A stretch of DNA of 60,585 nt, the filler included, from Sphacelaria rigidula (taxonomy: Eukaryota): the NCBI GenBank assembly GCA_964200075.2. It is 9 parts of 9 records of this genome, joined end to end, with 100 filler letters (N's around TTAATTAATTAA, not from the genome) between each part and the next. Parts side by side here need not be neighbours in the genome. Positions count along the whole stretch, not along the records: positions 33,717 to 40,359 come from CAXNAA020018872.1; positions 40,460 to 47,101 come from CAXNAA020018873.1; positions 47,202 to 53,843 come from CAXNAA020018874.1; 6 more parts are not named here. One strand, written 5' to 3'. The stretch's first letter is position 1. Each line of letters opens with the position of its first letter. Below, piece after piece: positions 39,011-53,300 of the stretch. The notes under the pieces are model-generated. The model saw only the letters and a list, made by a program, of their open reading frames with translations, did no database searches and had not been told where the DNA came from. The translations under genes were made by a program, and so were the position numbers.

Positions 39011-39506
39011 ACGCGCCATAATGTATGCGCATACTTCTCACAAATCGGTCTTTGGAATCCAAACAAAAACCAAGTCGGATCAACAAACCCCTACCAAGAA
39101 GTGGTGAACTTCACTGCAACAAACACCCATTTTCCGCACGAGCTGAGCCAGCCAACAATGTTGGTGGTTTTCTTGCTCAGGGGACGCATGGCATGATAGT
39201 AGGAGTTGGACGCTGAAATTCTGAGTGAAGCTTTTTGTGATCGACATGCAGAAGATCACCTAGACAGCAAAAACAAAAAAGGAAGTTATGGGGATTTAAA
39301 ATTTCAGCGAAAACAAGATAATGTCATAAGTTCAGGGGAAAAAATAGAATCTGCAGGTGCTCACGTCATGTATCATTCTATCATTCCATTGGATACAGAT
39401 GGTCTTCGTGAAATTCAGCTCATGAGTCGTCGAATTGGGCCGTGCGTGCAACGTTTTGCGTGACGCTGCTGCACCTCTAAAATTCAAGTGATGAGACTCC
39501 AATTAT

Positions 39507-39640
39507 GGAAGTCATGAGTTCGACTCCCGACGGATACTCTTTTTTTTCGCCCGTCCTTGAGGTTATATATTATGCAGTACATGTTTTTTCAACTATTTTC
39601 TTCGTTTAGCGGCGGTGCCGTGTGTTACCAGGTTGGTCTC
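39507..39640 (+). repeat. Dispersed repeat homologous to 9160-9292 (possible SINE)
   Basis: B-box-like GAGTTCGACTCCC followed by sequence matching the reverse complement of 9160-9292. Confidence 0.55.
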
Positions 39641-40459
39641 CACTTCACGGCGATATGCTTACATCGGGTTCATTCGAGAAACTGGGAAAGCTGTTGTAAT
39701 GAGCTTACGTGCTGTTATGGCAAGCACAGGCTCTTAGAGAAGGCAAGGGTCCGGTCCGCAGACTGAACAGCCAGGTAGGACAACAGACACCGACTCACAC
39801 AAGACGTGTTCGGCAAATGTCTCACGCGCAGGATAAACCTTCTTTATTATCTGGTCTCGACCTTCCAGTAGCCATTGAATCAATCAAATCTCACGCTCAG
39901 TATATCAGTCTCACCGGTATTAGACGTCTAGCTGAGAGAGGAGCAGATGACGGTAGTGGGATGGGTGGCGCTTGATTTGCTATCGTGCAAATCAAGTCGT
40001 CACCATCTCTACCATATACAAGCTCATGCTCGTACCTGACCAACTCGGAACATACCTTCAGTCTTGGGCCTTAGGATACCCCAATTGCAAATATAGAGCG
40101 ACTCATCAACGGGTCTGAGGCGGCATGATAACAGACTAATGTGCGTCCTCATCACACTGTGGTGTGAACAACGTTTTGCCGCTTTCAACCCTTTTGCGAT
40201 CGGGCCTCCAGAACGACCAAGAGGCTGATCAGGAATGACGTGTCTGTTGTCTAAACGAAAAAGTGGCGGGTTGCTGAAAATCCGCGTATGCAACTGCAGG
40301 GTTATGACGAAGACCGAAAGTTTCATCTAGTCTTTTTTCAGGTGCAGGGTGCGCATTAGNNNNNNNNNNNNNNNNNNNNNNNNNNNNNNNNNNNNNNNNN
40401 NNNTTAATTAATTAANNNNNNNNNNNNNNNNNNNNNNNNNNNNNNNNNNNNNNNNNNNN

Positions 40460-40522
40460 ATCTGAACCCCCCTACTCAATCATCAGATGGTTACGAGGTT
40501 ACCAACTGAGCCACCGGGGCGA
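40460..40522 (-). mobile_element. SINE family A head, cut by contig start
   Basis: Reverse complement GTCGCCCCGGTGGCTCAGTTGGTAACCTCG is identical to 636-665. Confidence 0.75.
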
Positions 40523-40579
40523 CCCGCAAAAACCCGAAATACGCCTCTTGGTAAAAAACCACCAACTACAGTCGTCAGT

Positions 40580-40858
40580 CGAAAAGCAGAACGGGTAAGA
40601 GCCTAACAATTACACCTCACCAGCTATACGATGGGCGGCCACTTATTTACTAGGTGAAAACACAGCCTTTGTCGTATCGTATCGTATCGTATCGTATCGA
40701 ACTGTCATCAAAACGACAACGATAACGATATTTCGACACAGTTCGATACGATACGATACGATACGATAAATGCTGTGTTTTCACCTAGTAAATGAGTAGC
40801 CGCCCATCGTATAGCTGGTGAGGTGTAATTGTTAGGCTCTTACCCGTTCTGCTTTTCG
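40580..40858. repeat. Long near-perfect inverted repeat with (TCGTA)n/(TACGA)n stem segment
   Basis: Arm 40580-40705 pairs with 40738-40858; 32-nt loop; arms differ by a few substitutions and one pentamer unit. Confidence 0.92.
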
Positions 40859-41601
40859 TGTTGGCGGTTTCTGCTCCCAACTTAGGGCAAGCATATCCCT
40901 CAAGGAGGCTCTTCTGCTTAAAAGTCATGCTACTTTGAGGTACAAGAAATCTGCCAATTATGCCTCTTTTCTTTCACCCTTCGACTTTTCGTTTTATCGT
41001 GTTTTTTTTTGCGCGCTTACTTTTCTTTCGTGTCGAAGTGATGAAGTAGTTCGATATGTAACACTAGCTGCAGTAGTGCATGAGTTGCTCATGTAGACAT
41101 ACACGTACAGCAATCGTTCTGACGGTACTTTTAATACAGCGGCCTGTTGCACCATCCATCCCCCCACACACACTGTCTTCAGCAAAAGCTTTCCGACCGC
41201 TCGAGACATCTATCCCACATGACTACCGTGAGGCGGTCTAGCCGAGCCTCCGGGTGATCACCACGCGAACCCTCTCGCCGTGTAAGTGGTGATGTTTCAC
41301 CCCTCCTTGAATAAAATATGAAGAAAGCGGCACCGTATTGCTTATACTTGACTGTTGTACTGACTAATGAATGCTCTTTTATACTGTGCCAGAAAACCCC
41401 CATCACACGCATGCGATCATGTCGCTTGGGAGAAACAAAGTATACACCACACATATATCACTTTCACTGACAAGAGTGTATAGCATTCGACGTCGTGTGT
41501 ATAACACGTTGAACCTGAGGTGAGGCCATGGCGGAAGTGAGAGAAGGAAAATGGCACCGCTCTCAATGGACTATGTTCGCATGCCGTGCCTGCTGCTCTA
41601 A

Positions 41602-41898
41602 ATAACGTTTTCGTGAGGCGAGAGTAGAGCGCTGATTGAGAGTGGTTTTGATCATTCGCTTCAACATAGCCAATTTTTCATTCCGTGTGTGATATTCTTT
41701 GCCTTCATCACTCGCGTGTGCTTACAGCTACACGTCGATATCCTACTCGGGGATATTTAGGGCCTCAATGGCGAGCTACAACAGAAAGCATATCGGGCCT
41801 CGTGGAGGGTCATTTCGGAACTAAAACGATTCATTCACTCATTGACCCCTTTTCACTCTCAATCGTAACTTTTACTCTCAATCTCACGAACACGTTGT
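41602..41898. mobile_element. MITE of the 3674-4224 family, single internal unit, reverse orientation
   Basis: TIR ATAACGTTTTCGTGAGGCGAGAGTAGAG / TACTCTCAATCTCACGAACACGTTGT; body is the reverse complement of 3685-3960. Confidence 0.75.
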
Positions 41899-41908
41899 TT
41901 TTACCCGC

Positions 41909-42071
41909 AGGCCGTGTCTTAGCAAATAACTTTTTAACGAAAAAATGCGGTGGAAAGCGAAAATTCCAATCTGATACGAAGGTCGTGATGATACATAAAT
42001 GACGATAGTTGAAACACGATCTATTCCACCGCACATTTTCGATCGAAAATTAATGTGCTAAGGCACGGCCT
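41909..42071. mobile_element. Small foldback MITE
   Basis: AGGCCGTGTCTTAGCAAATAA...AAAATGCGGTGGAA vs TTCCACCGCACATTTT...TTAATGTGCTAAGGCACGGCCT. Confidence 0.6.
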
Positions 42072-43345
42072 TAAAGATTGGTTGTGCCCAGTGACTGGTA
42101 GCGGGGTCCCGGAACCGGCTCATATTTTTTGGCACGACTGGTTTTTCGTTGTGTACTTTACGCAATGTAGTGACTTGTAATAGTTGTGTCAAACACATAA
42201 AAAAAAATTGCCCGTTCCCCCGCGTTCCTCTCCGATCCGTGAGTCATCGTCCGGAGCACTTGCGTGGGTAATTCTCGTTACATGTGGTCTTTATCATATG
42301 GCCCGGAGTGGTGGTTCCAGGTCGAATTTCACTCGAGAAGATGCTTCCGAAACGAGAATTTCGGGTGTCGATAGGGCACGGCCTTATAAGTACAATGTTG
42401 ATGTTCGTCACGAGTTTCTTTGGGCGACCCAAGAGCCCATTTTATCGAGACGGAATGAGAACAGAAAAAGCAAGGTGAGCGTCGAAAATCGGCACTTTGA
42501 TTGATCGCCGCAACCAGAGTGCCGGGCCTATGAGTACGGAGAGCAAGCAACATGCTGCTGCTTTTCGACTCTCGCCCTCCTCTTCGCTTCTTCTGTTGGT
42601 CTCGTCAAAGATGATTCCTCCGGGAGGAAAAAAAACGTCGATATAATTTGTGTTGTTCACTGGTGCTTCTTTCTTACGACGTGTCGTCCAGAGCCTCATA
42701 ATGGCGCATTTGAGCCTGTTTAGCTCGGGTGCAAGCCCTACGCACGAGGTTACATTTCATCACGATCAGCACTTATGTGTACTAAAGCCACCACCGAATG
42801 TATGAAGGCCTGCCCTGGGCTCTCGCAAATTCGCTGTGCTCTGCGATTCCACCCCTGACGATCACAAGGCATCCATATCTGCTCAGCGCGGTTATGTTAG
42901 GTGGTACACCTTTGATGTTTTCCATGATGCCATATATCTCGGTGTACACATGAGCTGCCTGGGTTGTGGTTTTTCGCGTTTCTCGTGCTTGTTACCCGAA
43001 GTATTGTCGCCAGGAAAGAGACTAACTTGACTTTTTTCAAATGTTGAAAGTCTTGGGGACAGAACACGAAATCGTCAAGCGCGTAGGGCGATCTCAACTC
43101 TATGGTGACGAAGTTGTATGGGATATTCATCACGTAACATCAAGTTAAAATGACTACACAGCATCGCAATCAAGAGGCTCAGAGACTGCGTGAAGCGTGT
43201 TGAGTCGTGACTCATGCTCATTCCCTCAGGCCGGCAATTATTACGAGGCTCTCACAATGTTGGTGTACCCTGAACGATATGTTTTGCCAGCTGTTGTATC
43301 CTTGTAGCATGAGTCTACGACCTAGTAGTACCGGAGCCCACCCTC

Positions 43346-44068
43346 ATGCCAACCCCGACGAAATCGCCGCGTCGTGTCCACTTCCCTGTTCGCACACGTA
43401 CAATTTTTACTCCAGCTTTGGTTCTGGCACGCAACGGACAGGACAGCAACACAATCTGGGCGGACGGCTTCAGGCCACCGCGTGTAGTAACAACACCAGA
43501 CAGCTGTCGCGGCCACACCGACAGAGATGGCCATGGCCACGATCAACCCGTTAGGGCTATCTGGGAAACTCGAGCTGCCAGCGGAAGCACCAGCACCAGC
43601 ACTAGCAGCATCAAGCACTCGGGCTCGACGGTCAAGAGACCACCAGTAGCAATGGCATCAGACCAAACGGCAGTGTGTCTCGTGCCCCCACAGCCGGAAT
43701 CAACTACTGCTGACAGCACGGGACGGGGGAGTAGGGAGCCGGCGGAGCTAGAGATGGGGGACAAAGCTGTGGGTGAGGGTGCAAAAGTGCAGCTTGTCGA
43801 AACGACGGCGGGGCTACGAAGACGTCGATACAGGAGGAAGAGAAATGCATCGACGGTAGAGGGCGGGGCAGGACGTGTGTCCGCTTTCGATGGTGATGGA
43901 GTAGGCACGAGCGGGGTGGGCGCAGAGGAGAAAGGAGATGGTAGTGGGGGGATTGGTGGTTCTAGCGCGGGCAAGCGGGGTAGGGTAGGGATGAAGGGAC
44001 ATATGGCGGTGCAGCGAGCGACTTCTAAGCTGATGGGAGAGGACTTGCAGAGTTTTGTGGGAGTCAGG
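43346..44068 (+). CDS. Probable large (first) coding exon, low-complexity Ser/Gly/Arg-rich protein of unknown function
   Basis: ~240 open codons ending at a good donor GTCAG|GTACGT (44068/44069); basic stretch LRRRRYRRKR (possible NLS). Downstream exons are uncertain. Confidence 0.45.
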
Positions 44069-46391
44069 TACGTGATGTCGTGTGAGTGCTCAGCTGTGTG
44101 TGCCCCGTGTGCTGTTGTGTGCCTCTACGCTCGTTTATCTTGAGAGTGGGAGAAAAAAGCAGGTGCTTCGTCGCGGTGATTTAATTGTGTAAGGAGGGTT
44201 GCGGCGTTCGTACATGTTCGCGAATATGCGCGAGGGTTGGTGGTTATCTCGTTTGCTACGATATCTTGGTGCCATTGATGCCCGCCTATGATTTGAATCG
44301 GGAACACGGGAGCGAACACGTCGTACACCCCCGTTCTAGCTTGCTGGTGTAATACTGAGCTCATGTTCTGGGATTCGTGTTCGTACGTCAGCGTTCATGT
44401 GGATTTATGGATCGATTTGTTGATGTGAATGTCTTCCCTGAATTGATCCGCCATAGCTCCGGCCGTATTCACAAGATGAATGTATCTAACGTGAGTGAAA
44501 TGAACGTGTCGATAGACGAAAGCCGAGTAGACGGAGGGCAAAGCAAGGGAGGAGTAAAGAGCGAGGCAGGGGAAAAAGGAGTACGACAAAAACAACGGAG
44601 AGAACAAAACGGGAAGAAATGAAAGGGAAGAGGAAGCAGAGAATTAAAAAAGAGGAGAGGCATGAAGAACGAAACATGGGAGAAGGAGAGAACAAGGGGG
44701 CAAAAAACCAACGAGACCAAAACAGAAGAAAACGGAACGAACGGGAAGAAAATGAGGGGGAATATTTGATCGCGTTTGATTAATTGATTGATTGATTGCA
44801 CACCCTGGACAAAAGAATACACAGTCAAAAAAATTACTTTGTACAGTATCGACTAATGCGCCTATTGCAACAAAGAACAGATTCCATACTGTACGCACCA
44901 CATTTTTTGACAATATTATCTGGTGTCCAGAGTGTGTTTGATTGGTCAACACACTTGAACGGATCCCCCAAGTAGTCATGACCCAGCCGTGGTCATCTCC
45001 ACATGGTAGACCTACCCGAGTCAAATAAAAATAGAACAGGTAAAACAGACCGGCGGAGTAGACTGAGGGAAAAAAAATGTTCGGCCGCTGCCACATGGCT
45101 TCGGTGGAAACAGTCTTGCGCAGAAACCACTCTCATACCCCATCGTAGAAAGCAAAAGGCTGTGAGGAAAGATTGCGGCTCATCTCCGACGACATCACCA
45201 TTTTGGGTGCGAAACCTCTCATTCATGGACCCTACGAAAGCAAGGCACCAAACTCCTCCGGCATACACCGGCAGGGAAGAACACATACATGGAGAAAGAT
45301 GGGAAAAGGGAGAACAGAGAAGGAGACTACAGAAGTGGTCAAGCCCAAAGAGAAGAAATGGAAGGGGGAAGCATAAAGTTACGAGCCGTATAGCGACAGC
45401 AAAAACCACTCAAGACGATGAAAATAAAAAATCCCCTGCACCCGCCTCCAAAGCATGCCGTCCAAGTTTCGTTTTGAGTCCGTGCCCTCGACAGCGTTCA
45501 TGTTCGCCTAAGCTATTGCCATGTGCGGTGTACTCAGAAGCTCTTGTGACCAAATCGTGAACGGGTAGATGTTGATTCTCCACTTTTGCGTATTGCTTGA
45601 GAATCACGGATGTGTAGGTCTGCCTCGAGCGGGTGACACTAAATTGCCACGTGCATGGTTGGGGGTACTGCTTTGTCAGCTTCGCGGACATGCATTATAG
45701 CACAGCGTGTGGCTGGCCGTATTATTATTGTAGCACGTGTTCACTGCGGCCATGATTCGTTTGCTGCCGCCGTGGCTCTGCAGTGTGAGGAGTCGGAGAA
45801 TGTATGGCGTATGTGCGTGGGCAAGTGCGTGTTCGCTGGGTAGATCCTCATGCAGTGTTCTTGTACCATGCAAGTCCTGCGTCAGTGGAAGCCCATGTCG
45901 AGTGCAGCCGGGTGCCGTCGCCGTCCCGCTACATTGCGTTTGCGCGTGCGCTTCTGGCTGTACGCGCATTGTACCCGCATGACCAATATCTTCGGAACGC
46001 GGTTACGCATCACACAAGACAGAGTATATGCAGTGCCAACACGTCGTGAACAGTCTGGAGTTCGCGGATGTTCATCATGTGTTGAACTTCCTGTGTTCGT
46101 TTCTTGTGGTAAAAGCGTCATGACCGTCGTTCTCCTTGTACGCATTTATTTCAGTGAGAGGAAGATTTTCTGTGCCTCTATCACTCCTTCTATTTGTTCT
46201 TGGAAGTCTTGTGTGTGCGTGTATATTGTCTTGGCCTCTAATAACAAGTGTATGCAGGCGATACCCTCTTTTGCTACACGCCGTGTACTTGAAAGACACT
46301 GCACTATGCACCTGGCTACACCACTACACCGTAATTGTGTGTAGCTGAGCTGTTTGGATGGTCCGGTCAAGAAAGTAGCACAGGCACCGGA

Positions 46392-46562
46392 GGTGAGGTA
46401 GGTACCCGGTACCGGTATTTGGGACATCTCATACCCTACCGTACGCACCCAATCCGGTATTTTCAAATGTCATACCTACGATACCTACGCATACCACGGT
46501 ATGGGATACCCCGGTGAATACCGGGGGTACACCCGGTATTTACCGAACGCGATACACTACCC
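46392..46562. repeat. Short GGTAC/TACC-rich repeat element; second copy starts at ~47058 and is cut by the contig end
   Basis: GGTGAGG(T/C)AGGTACCCGGTACCGGTATTTGGGACATCTCATACC occurs at ~46392 and ~47058. Confidence 0.65.
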
Positions 46563-47331
46563 ACGATGCAGCAGCTGGTGCCAACTCACGCGGAGGCCAG
46601 AAGCTGTCGGAGCAAGCACGTATTGTTTTGACAAGTAATTAATACCCAGATTCCCCCTGACTTGCGTGTTTGGATCAATCCGGATGAATTGTTCCCATGT
46701 CCTCTAATGTTTGTTGTGTGGGTATAAATATTAGATCATCGTTTGAAGGTATACATTGTTCCATGTTGAAGATGAGCAGTATACGCAATAACATTCCACG
46801 TGCAAGCAAACAAGCAGAAAAAAACGAAAGTGAGGGAAAACAAGAAAACGCGAGATCGCAGGAGGCATACAATATACACAACAATGTGCCAAAATACAAA
46901 TTAAATAACCTTCCACATTTATATACAGTAAATACTGCGCAATTGCCGGGCTGAATAAAAAATACAACTACACATAGAGGGGCAAACCCTACTCTTGCGT
47001 ACTACTGCACTGAAACGCTTCGCACTGCCAGATGACAGTTTTGAATTTGGTATGGAGGGTGAGGCAGGTACCCGGTACCGGTATTTGGGACATCTCATAC
47101 CNNNNNNNNNNNNNNNNNNNNNNNNNNNNNNNNNNNNNNNNNNNNTTAATTAATTAANNNNNNNNNNNNNNNNNNNNNNNNNNNNNNNNNNNNNNNNNNN
47201 NCCTCTTTTCCAAAAACCCCCACCCCCCCCCCACCCCCCCCGCGAAACACCCCCCCCCCCCTTCCCCCCCCCCCCCCCCCCCCCCCGCCCCCCCGCGCGC
47301 GTGCTCTGTCCCTATTTCCCACTTCATCCAG

Positions 47332-50300
47332 ATCCTCGGCATGCCGGAGACCATCGATATAGCCCCGGTCTTCAACGCGAGCTCCCACAGAGATACCTCC
47401 GTTGAAATTAACGGAGCCAGTCCTCTGTTGCCACCACCCCACGACGTTCCTGGTGCCGCGAACTCTATCCTTTCCACTTTTGGTATGCTGGGCGGAACCC
47501 GTCCCGTGGAAAATCTTCCAGAGTACTCTGTGGAACCCACCAAAGGCGGCGATCCCGAAGGCAACGACGACGGCGTGGCCCCGGCCGCCAGGGGACCGGT
47601 CCACCACGCTTCGAGCGTGGCGAAAGAGATCGCGCAAAAAATCGCGAAAGGAGGGTCCGAATCGCCGGCAGCAGAGGCAGCACCATCGTGGTCATGGGGC
47701 GTCAGCAGCGACGACCCGGTGTTTCGGGCTGCGGCTCTGAAGAGCGTGACAAGTCACGTTGTTAGTAAGGAGAAACAGCAGGCGGCGACTGCCAAGGCCA
47801 GGACGGGTCCCGCGCGCATAGACGCAACCCGTGTGCCGAACCTGTGGCTCGCCGTAGCGCACTCGTCAGATCTAAAGGCCGGGGAAGTGAAGAAGGTGGA
47901 GGTGGACGGGATTCCGCTCTCTCTCTGGCGTAGCGCAACTGGCGAGGTCAGCGCCATATCGGACGTGTGCATTCACCGCGGGGCTAGCCTCTCGCGGGGT
48001 TGGGTCTCGGTGGATCGATTAGTGTGCCCATGTGAGTCTAGTGAGTCCAGTAACATGGAGGACATTTTGCGTTCGTAATAACGAGGATATGAGGTCGCGC
48101 GAGCAGGGTGCGTAGTCGTTATTTGTTTCGGGGCATTTTTATTTTTTCATGGGTCGTCTGCGATTGTCGAGAAGTCGGTTTTGCAATATTTCTTCGCCAA
48201 CGAATCACTGGCGACGCGAAGGTTGATGATTCACAGTGTCGGAAGTACGTATGAGTTGACATGACGAGGAACCGTTTAGTGGAGTGACGTACGTTTTGGC
48301 TCTGATATTTTATACACCACATGTTACGCCGGTGTACGTTGTCCGGAAACGTATTGCGCTGGCTGATTTCTATCATTGCCCACCTCCACCACCCCCACTG
48401 ATGTCGCCAAGCACAGGCTCGTTAACCACATTCACGCACACAATGTAACATCAAACTTTTATTGCGTCTGGTTTCGGTCGGTTGCAATCCTTGGCATTAT
48501 TTGCCGGTCAGCTATCGCCATGGCCAGTTGGTACATGACCGCTATCATTTTCAACGTCTGGCCCCGCCCCCCCTTACCATGTATAGGGGGGCACGCACTA
48601 CAGGGATTGTTCATAGCCACTATCCCATATCTGCGGGGATTTCATGAAGTCCATCACGGCTTCTGCGAAATGCCCATGCTTCATACATTCTACTTTCTGT
48701 CGTACAAAAGTGTGGAACAAGTGCAGTACACGGCTGCTACAGCAACGCTGTCAAATAATGCTATAATGCAGCTATCTAAACGATGTAGCGGTAGTGTTCT
48801 TCTCCTTCTCGACTGTTGTGGCAGACAATCAAGAAGCGAAGGGGTATTTTTGCCCTCGACACAAGGTAGTTACAACAGTACTCTACTCTATCACCAGTCT
48901 TGTCCTGTCTACAACCTCCCGATAACCCTCATCTTCTGACCCCACCCGTTCCCCCTCCCCCCGCTGCCACTTGTCTGCCTCCCAACATACCCAAACCACC
49001 GACGTGGCAATACACGCGACGAATCAACACGAACGCAGACCACGGCTTCGAGTTCGAGACAGACGGCTGCCTCGCCCATATGCCAGGTGCGGGACCCCCG
49101 ACCGGCAGCTCCGAAGCACAAGAGGCCAAAGGAGGCGTCGCAGGCCGCGCCGCGGAAAGTCCTCGCAAAACCGGTGGAGGCCGTGGTGCGAAGAGAGCCC
49201 CCACTTACCCCGTGAAGGAGGTCGGAGGTTGGATCTACATTTTCCCTGATGAGACGCGGCCGGGATCTGTCGAGATGCACACGCAGCCGCTTGTGATTCC
49301 GGAAGCCGAGTCACCCGCTTTTCGAGCGGTGTCGGGCTCGATGGACATGACCGGTGGGGTGTCCTTGTGCGTGGAGAACATGCTGGACATGCTACACATC
49401 TCATTCGTGCACACCTTCGGAAACGCGAACGACCCTACGCCGTTTGAAGTGTCCTACGCCGAAGGTTTCGATGACCCGGGCACGGAGGCGCTGCCGACGT
49501 CGCAGGTCACGTTTAGGTACCGATCGGGGAGCAAGTCCTTCAGTAAGGCCGTTGGGGCTCCGGAGGTGCGTATCTGAGGTGGCTGGCTTGATCAGCTTAC
49601 GTTGCGTTTTGTGCGCAATGTGAGCCGGAGTATCCCGACTACGCGGTTTCAAACGTGTTTAAGACCACAAGGCCTGTCACATGGCAAGCCGCTGTAAAGT
49701 TCAGTGCGTGAGGCCCTTGTTCACGTATTTACGGTGGCGCGGCATGGCACTCGGGCGTGCAAAACGCTGCCCACTGAGAGCGCATGCCAGTGTCACCCTG
49801 GTGATATTATTGTCCTCACTCATCTAGTCGCTTGAGGTGAAATTGCTTCGCTGTGAGTGGGGTTCGCTCTGCGCGCGTTTCCGTATGTTATGGCATGAGC
49901 AGTTTCAGAGCGTTTCAGCCCCCTCGCGCACCACATCGAGATTTTTTAGGAATAGATCCGCCACTTGTGACACGCCGTGGCAGTGCTCGTCGAGAACTAC
50001 CAGGATTCACGCGCCGGTTATTTTTTCTGTGTGCACCACAACCCGCTGTGCTACCTACCCTACCTTGAGCTATTTTGGATCAAAAGCGAATCGAGCTTTT
50101 GTGGGCGGAGAAAAATGTCTTCGGATGTCGAGTATTTTGACATGCGCATCGTCCGAGCGTTTTGTCAATCCCTCGCTCTAGATCCATCGTTTCAATGTTC
50201 CAAGTCATAGTGTCGACCCTCACTTCACATTCTAGCGTTTGGGGGATGACGGTCGTTAGTGCTTTCTACCGTCGACGCCACGGTAGTTCTCGGGGCAGAC

Positions 50301-53300
50301 GGACAGAACACTTTCCGCTGGGAGATGCGCCGAAATTGCCGGGCAATGAGAGCTTGCTGCAGTGTTGAACGACAGGTGGGCGTGAACCTCCTATTTCAAA
50401 GAGTCAATCGACGTGGTATGGAAGTAGCCCCCACAGTTGGGACTGACTGTCCGCGCTGTTCGATATCACCTCCTCTGGCCCTATTTAAAAAACCGAAGAA
50501 GAAGGCGGCAAAATAGGCACGACTGGGAATCCAGTCACCATGCGAGGATATCAATCCATCTGTTGGTATTTTACCATAAGGTTGCCGCACAATCTTCCAA
50601 AAGGAGGGACCCTTCACACGCTGGATGTGACCATAATTATCATTTTGCCCCATTATCCCCCCCCCCTCTCCCCTGACTTATTTTTCTCACTAGGTTGTGG
50701 TCAAGAATGAGTTTCACTTGCCGTACAGGGCAGTGATCCGTGTGTTTTTCGGCGAGCATTCTTTGAAGACCATCGAGGCCACGGCGGTTCCCGTGGCAGA
50801 CGGCAAGACGACTCTTCACTGGAAGTTGTACCGGAACTTTGCCATAACACACCCTCTGGATGAGGGACCCATCAACAAGGTCCGTGTGTTTGGGTTTGCA
50901 CGCGTGTGATATATGTTGTGTGTGCCTTTGATCTTGAACAGTGGAAATTTTGGCTGCCGCTGTTGCTGCTACTGCTGCTACTGCTACTTGGACCTTTTTT
51001 TTTTTCAGGCATGCGCTGACGGTGCTCCAGTATATTTCTCTTGACTGTCCTCATCTACTAGCACATGTATTTTTACCGTTGCTAGTGCTGTAGGAAGGTT
51101 TTTTTCGGGAATGTACTACGAGCTGGGCCAGCCTAGGGACAGATTGAAGCTCTCAAAGCAATATCATATCGACCCAGACGAGTTGGGCCGTGATCCGCAC
51201 ATCGTATTAATCGTCCAACCAAGGGGAACATGCCAATCTGCTCAAAAATCTGGGCCAATTTTTCCTCGTTGATTAAACCCCATGTCTAGTCATTCCTATA
51301 CTGTACGGAGATAGCGTCCACACCGGAACCTATATGAAACCCCGAACGATACTTTCCGCGGATGATTGCGATTTTTGGTGTGGACCTTCCCTGGAGCACG
51401 GGGATACGATAGATACCCTCACCTTCACCTAGTTCGTAATCTATCTCGAAATATGGCGCACATAACTTTCAATACTAGAACTAATATATTACGAGCAGAG
51501 GCACTAGATCCCCTAAATCTGGATATCGCGTCTTCGTTTTTGAGAGTTATGCCATGAAATTTCGTATGAAGAACCGCTAGTTTAGTACGTGATACAAAAA
51601 AAAAGCTTTCAAACTTTCTTCCATTTTTTCTTCATTTTCTTCATATTTTCGTGTTCGATTTTTGAGTGGAAATAAACATTACTCTTGGGCCTTATCTCAA
51701 TTTTTCAGCTCAATTTTTATAATTGCGATTTGAAACTTGGCATAGAGAACCACGAAGGTGCGCCGAAAAAAAAATGGGCCCTCTTTTTTGTTCTTCATAG
51801 AGGTTAGGGCGTTCTCGTGAAAAAATGGTCTTTACCATACTAGAACGCCCTAAACCAGCAGAAAAAAAAAATGACCTGACCCACTGAGGTTTGTAAATCA
51901 TGCCCTATCGAGGACCCACACAAAACTTCAATACACAAAAACCAAACGTGGGCCGGTGAGTGACCTGCGAAATACTGTTCCGAATTTCTACCGACCCGGT
52001 TTTGAAAAGACGAATGCGCTGGCCAATATTTAGAGTCGGAATGTAAAATTTGGTATGGACAATGCATAGGGCATAAAAACAAACAATCATCGGTACCGAA
52101 AGTTTTGTTTTCCATGAGTTGAGGGCAATAATCAGTTTTCAGGTATCAGCGAAATGCCCTTAACTCATGGGAAAAAATAATTTTTGGTATCGACGTTTTT
52201 TTTTTCTCTATGCATTGTCCACACCAAATTTTACGCTCCAACTTCAAATATTGGCCGGCGCATGGGCCTGCAATCTTCAAATCCGCCTCTAAGCTGGCCC
52301 AGCTCGTAACGGTGCTCCATTGCTCTTTTGTACACGGGCAGCGTGCTGCTACCATCAAGCACATTGTGCTCGTAGATTATTTTCCCTGGAAGATATGTAT
52401 TCATATAATATGAGGAAATAATGAAGAATACCCACCTGCAGCTCCCTGCACACCTACATCTAATCGTTCCATCGCCCTTTTTGAATCCGAGTTTGCCCCC
52501 CGCTTCTGTTTGCTGTTTCGGTGGGTTTTCGGACGGGTTGGTTCGCGGTCTCTCCGGGACGATCGATGCTATTCAGGCAGGAGATGCGCTGTTCCGCAAG
52601 ATGATGGAGGTGACGCTGACGGAAGATAAGGAAATAATCGAAAACATCTACCCCGAGTACCAGAAGGGCTTCATGAACGCGCGATACGACAGACAGGTGA
52701 AGGCTGCACATCGTTCGTTCGAGAGTGCGTTCTTTCATACTCGGGCTTACGCACAACAGAGTGTTTTGTGCTTCATGACGAGGCATGACGGGGGGGGGTT
52801 GTAGAATTGGTATGGGCGGGGCGCGGTCGATTCTGCCCGTGTGAGTGTACCAACAAAGGTATATATTTCTGTCCAAAATCGGCACCAAAGTTTTGTCCGC
52901 CTCTGTGGTGCATCGATCATGCCTTCTCGACAGACGGAATCACATAGGAGTGCCTTGGAAACCGTCCATAGATGCCGCACCACGTATGCAATAGCTCGCC
53001 TCCATTCCCAACATCTCCTCTATTTCTGCACTAAAGTGTTTTCACCCGTCGGTTCGCTTATTCGTTTACTGTTCTATGCTCGTGTACGGCCGGAATGCGC
53101 AGATGCTTCAGTACAGGAAAGCGATCAACAGGTTCCAAGAAATCAGTGAGCAGCGCGCCAACTCGCAGATGGAGAGCTCACTTCAGATGGAGCTGCTCAA
53201 CCGCATCGCCAGCAGCCAGCGCGGACTGACCACATCCTCCAGCGATCGCTCGGCTATATTAAATCTCATCGAGCGGCTAGAGAAGGCCAACAGCAACGGC

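Noticed and set aside
44480..45430. Phe/Leu-rich membrane-like ORFs on the minus strand (also 35357-35845)
   Set aside because: Translations of purine-rich low-complexity repeat sequence.
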